10,996 nt of DNA from a bacterium (GTDB lineage: Bacteria > SAR324 > NAC60-12): the NCBI GenBank assembly GCA_965233585.1, contig CBDDTI010000265.1, forward strand, positions 1 through 10,996, given 5' to 3'. Made by a program: the position numbers and the translations under genes. Positions 8,226 through 10,996 of this stretch are shown one piece after another. Under the pieces are notes generated by a model, which searched no databases, was not told the origin of the DNA, and was given only the letters and a program-made list of their open reading frames with translations. How positions within the stretch are numbered: position 1 is the stretch's first letter; each line of letters begins with the position of its first letter.

Positions 8226-8458
8226 TTTAGTATCACCCAACTAGTCGGACAGAAAATCAGAAAATCAGTCAACTCGGTAGTCCCAAAAAATCTCGATACA
8301 GACTGGATTAGGATTAGGTTACACTTCGTGAGCACAATGACGGAAACCAAAAATGTTAATAACGTCATCTATGATTCTGTCCTCCAATTGATCATAGGTT
8401 AGAACCGATGAAAGTGAGAATATACTTGGGTATATTACATGCTAGCTGTTGAACTTAC

Positions 8459-8655
8459 TTTTGAATACTCAGCTTGTGTTTCTTTTGATTTCAGAATCTT
8501 GCGTATAAACTCATTGGTTTCTTTCTCCATTTTGCTAAACTGATTCCATTCATTCTTCTGATTGGGTAAGGGGTTTTTCCTTTTCCATCCTCCACAGGCG
8601 TACTCATAAAAGTTTTCACAGGGATCAATGCTTGGATCTAAAGCGTTGAGCAACT
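8459..8655 (-). CDS. Internal exon of an M13 peptidase (neprilysin/ECE-like) at the start of the ectodomain
   Basis: Polypyrimidine acceptor TTTTTTTTTTCATTTTGTAG| and donor AAA|GTAAGT. It encodes [30 protein letters not shown]...WNQFSKM...EYSK, including the hallmark DPCxxFYxYACGGW. It splices in phase 0 to exon 5316-5573. Confidence 0.95.
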
Positions 8656-9344
8656 CTACAAAATGAAAAAAAAAATCGATAAACGCGATGAACAATTATG
8701 AACGTCTGCTTGTTGATACAGAAAGTGCACCTATAAAGAAGAATGACTAAATACAGGCAGATATATAATGGACGGTTGCTTGAGCTAATTAAAGAAATAG
8801 ATTTACTGAGTGACAGATTACTACTCCCATACCAGCTAGTCTTATTCCAATAAAACAAACGCCAGCCGTGGTAGTCACAAAATAAACACTTTCAAAAAGG
8901 TATCTTTCAGACTACAATGCCTACAGCAATTTCAGTCGTAAGCATATATTTTACTACAGCTAGAAGTGACGAAGTGTTAGGAAGTGCGCAAAATATTTAT
9001 CTTTTTGACTACGTGTTTCAGTCTCCATTTTGACGGACAATTGACTTGGATGATTGATTGTAGTTACATAGGGCCAGTCTGTTATGTAACTTTTGGTTTC
9101 CTACCTTAAAAACATAAATACTCACCTGGACCAAGGAACGTTTATCTTTATTCTTACTTTTTCATATTTTTTGGGTTAAGAATATAACGTTTCTTCCCAC
9201 ATAAATCCTTATGTTTTACTGTCGTGTCTGTATGTAAAGAGCTGTTTAAGTCACTTGCGGCTTGGACCACTTGTGGATTAACGGTGCGTTCTTCCTTCGC
9301 GAATCTTAGCGCAAAAAGGAGACTGCCCGCATTCTATAATGCAC

Positions 9345-9535
9345 TTAAGGGCACCGGACTTGAAATCCGTAGGTCGCGCTACAAAGCTGAAGTTGTTTCT
9401 TGGTAGACCCTAGGTGAACACCTCGGCCAGATGAAAGTTTTAACCATTTTATCTTCATTTGCATTATTTGTATCATCGTTTGTTTCCATTAGCCCTGAAA
9501 AGCCTCATTGGGGGGAGTGGTCAATTAAGATATTA
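9345..9535 (+). mobile_element. Degenerate tRNA-derived SINE
   Basis: Anticodon-arm-like CGGA-CTTGAAA-TCCG (9355-9369) without an intact T-arm or acceptor stem. The following body (GTTGTTTCTTGGTAG..CCTCGGCC..GCCCTGAAAAGCC..GGGGAGTGGTCAATTAAG) resembles cnidarian SINEs by recall. Confidence 0.6.
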
Positions 9536-9613
9536 AAAGGAGATGAAAGCAACCTGTTTGTCAACTCCTTATTTCGGAGAGGACTCGACGGAAATTTTGA
9601 AAAGAATCCCTAA

Positions 9614-9822
9614 GGCCCGGTTCAGACGCCGTACTTCACATCAGCCGAATCGAATTCAATGAATTAAGTTTACGTGAAGTACGGCGTCTGAATCAATTCG
9701 AAACAGCTGATATAATTCGGATCGCCTTAGGCCTTCTTCACTCCTGGCTCAGCCGGGAATATTAGTGGACCGGTTTTGATTCAGACGCCGCTCTTCACAA
9801 GAGCCGAACCAAATACATAAAT
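9614..9822. mobile_element. Left part of a Harbinger-like MITE with internal inverted repeats; right end missing
   Basis: Starts TAA|GGCCCGGTTCAGACGCCG. Perfect 19-bp inverted repeat 9621-9639/9674-9692 and 15-bp inverted repeat 9682-9696/9776-9790. Confidence 0.65.
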
Positions 9823-9889
9823 TAATTTAATCAAAAATAAGACACAAACAGCAGTGATAAACATATTGAACTTGCACATTTTGATTATG

Positions 9890-9930
9890 ACTTGACGTTT
9901 CGTATGTACTCTACATACATTTTCAAAAGT
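9890..9930 (-). ncRNA. Minimal type I hammerhead ribozyme, U3-A8 core variant
   Basis: The minus strand reads ACUU-UUGAAAA-U-GUAUGU(AGAGU)ACAUAC-GAAAC-GUC-AAGU: helix I ACUU/AAGU, a 6-bp helix II, GAAA and a GUC cleavage triplet. It sits in a Penelope 3' region, where such motifs are known. Confidence 0.75.
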
Positions 9931-10033
9931 AACCGTTGAGATTTAAAACAGCTATTTATATATATATTACAAAGGTGAGGGGACTGGAACCTAGATTAAG
10001 CAAATACTTAACAGTAAAATAAAACAGAACAGA

Positions 10034-10996
10034 TTAATAAAGCATCAGCTTTTCACTTCCGACGTTGACATTGAAAGCTGGCTCAAGTTCTTGAATATAT
10101 AAGGTCTCTTTTATTTTACAATGATAGTCTGTTTTGCCCTTCGCTAAAATATCAAAATAATCCCACTTGATGTTGTGTCCAGTGGCCTTGACGTGGTCAG
10201 CAATGGCTGAAGTATTGTCATTTTTAGCGAGGGCCTTAAAATGTTCGGTTTTTCTATCGTGAAGCCGCCGTTTAGTTTTACCGATATAAAAACCATTACA
10301 ATCCCAGCAATTTGCTCTGTAAATAACTCTGGATTGTTGTGAACGATTAATACGGTCCTTGTAAGGAAAGAAAGATTTTATGCATCGAGTGCTCTGGAAA
10401 ACGATCTTAAGGTTAACACAAGAGTAGAATTTGTACACACAAGATTTCAGGCGTTTAGCGACTTGGTTGCTTTGTAAACCTAAATAGGGAAGTAGGATAA
10501 TGATATCTTTCTTAGGAACAGTAGACACGGGGTTGCTATGCTGATGTCTGTTTTTGTTCAAAACATCGTTGATATGATAGTTGATTATGCCTTGTGGGTA
10601 GCCGTTCTGAAGAAGGAGTTTTCGAAGATCATGGAGGGCAGATTGTAGCAAGGATCCAGATGAACAAAGACGGTAATAGCGATAAGTGAGGGAGCGGATG
10701 AGGTTTATTTTGTACTTTCGTGGAGAGAAGGAATCCCATTTACTGTAGAGACCTGTGAAAGTTTTCTTTCGGTAGATGGATGTCATGAAAGTGCTGTTTT
10801 GATTACGTGTGATAAGAATGTCCAGAAACGGAATTGCATTGTTCTGTTCAAATTCAATGGTAAATTTAATGTTGCTATGACAGCCGTTCAAGTTTTCTTC
10901 AAAATCACACATAAAAATGTTGGCTAAGACTGGACCCAATGGCGAACCCATGGCAACACCATCGATTTGGTCGTAGTATTTGCCGTCAAAAAGAAA
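10034..10996 (-). pseudogene. Penelope-like RT/GIY-YIG ORF with in-frame loss of the YVDD catalytic segment
   Basis: The frame is open from the window edge: FLFDGKYYDQIDGVAMGSPLGPVLANIFMCDFEE-NLNGCHSNIKFTIE..IPFLDILI..IYRKKTFTG..VIYRANCWDCNGFYIGKTKRRLHDRKTEH..KETLYIQELEPAFN. The RYVDD motif expected between FEE and LN..H..IKFT is absent. Confidence 0.9.

Larger units (their letters stand above)
9825..10996 (-). mobile_element. Penelope-like retrotransposon (RT + GIY-YIG), 3' part, continuing right of the window
   Basis: RT, thumb and GIY-YIG coding region followed by a ~200-nt 3' region with a hammerhead motif. The left boundary is approximate. Confidence 0.9.

Noticed and set aside
5899..8402. 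Short ORFs within the intron between the two M13 exons
   Set aside because: No recognisable domains, many lie in MITEs, and the two exons already join without a gap.
9062..9091. 9-bp inverted repeat AGTTACATA/TATGTAACT
   Set aside because: Short, AT-rich and isolated; could be chance or a repeat fragment.
9120..9128. Strong minus-strand donor CAG|GTGAGT as a candidate upstream M13 exon
   Set aside because: The phase-1 frame needed to join exon 8655 has a TAA a few codons upstream and lacks the expected Cys motif.
9345..9420. Possible tRNA-Ser(TGA) gene
   Set aside because: Only the anticodon arm is present; there is no T-arm or acceptor stem. It is better explained as a SINE head.

Overview
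AT-rich metazoan genomic DNA. The repeat content suggests a stony coral or other cnidarian (inference). Three layers are visible. (1) Two minus-strand GT-AG exons (8459-8655, 5316-5573) of an M13-family metallopeptidase (neprilysin/endothelin-converting-enzyme-like) that splice in frame. (2) At 1-~3880, the right part of a decayed, compact DNA-virus-like element of probable Polinton/Maverick/adintovirus type. It has four tightly packed genes, each with stops or frameshifts: a coiled-coil plus amphipathic plus TM protein, a ~541-aa tail-anchored unknown protein, a penton/minor-capsid-like protein and a hydrophobic-hairpin 'gasderminX'-like protein. These are followed by a palindromic iteron cluster and a GC-rich, highly self-complementary terminal region. 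(3) Transposon debris: palindromic MITEs, PIF/Harbinger-type MITEs, a tRNA-derived SINE remnant, and a Penelope-like retroelement (RT lacking its YVDD segment, GIY-YIG intact) with a variant minimal hammerhead ribozyme in its 3' region. Most other ORFs in the track look spurious.
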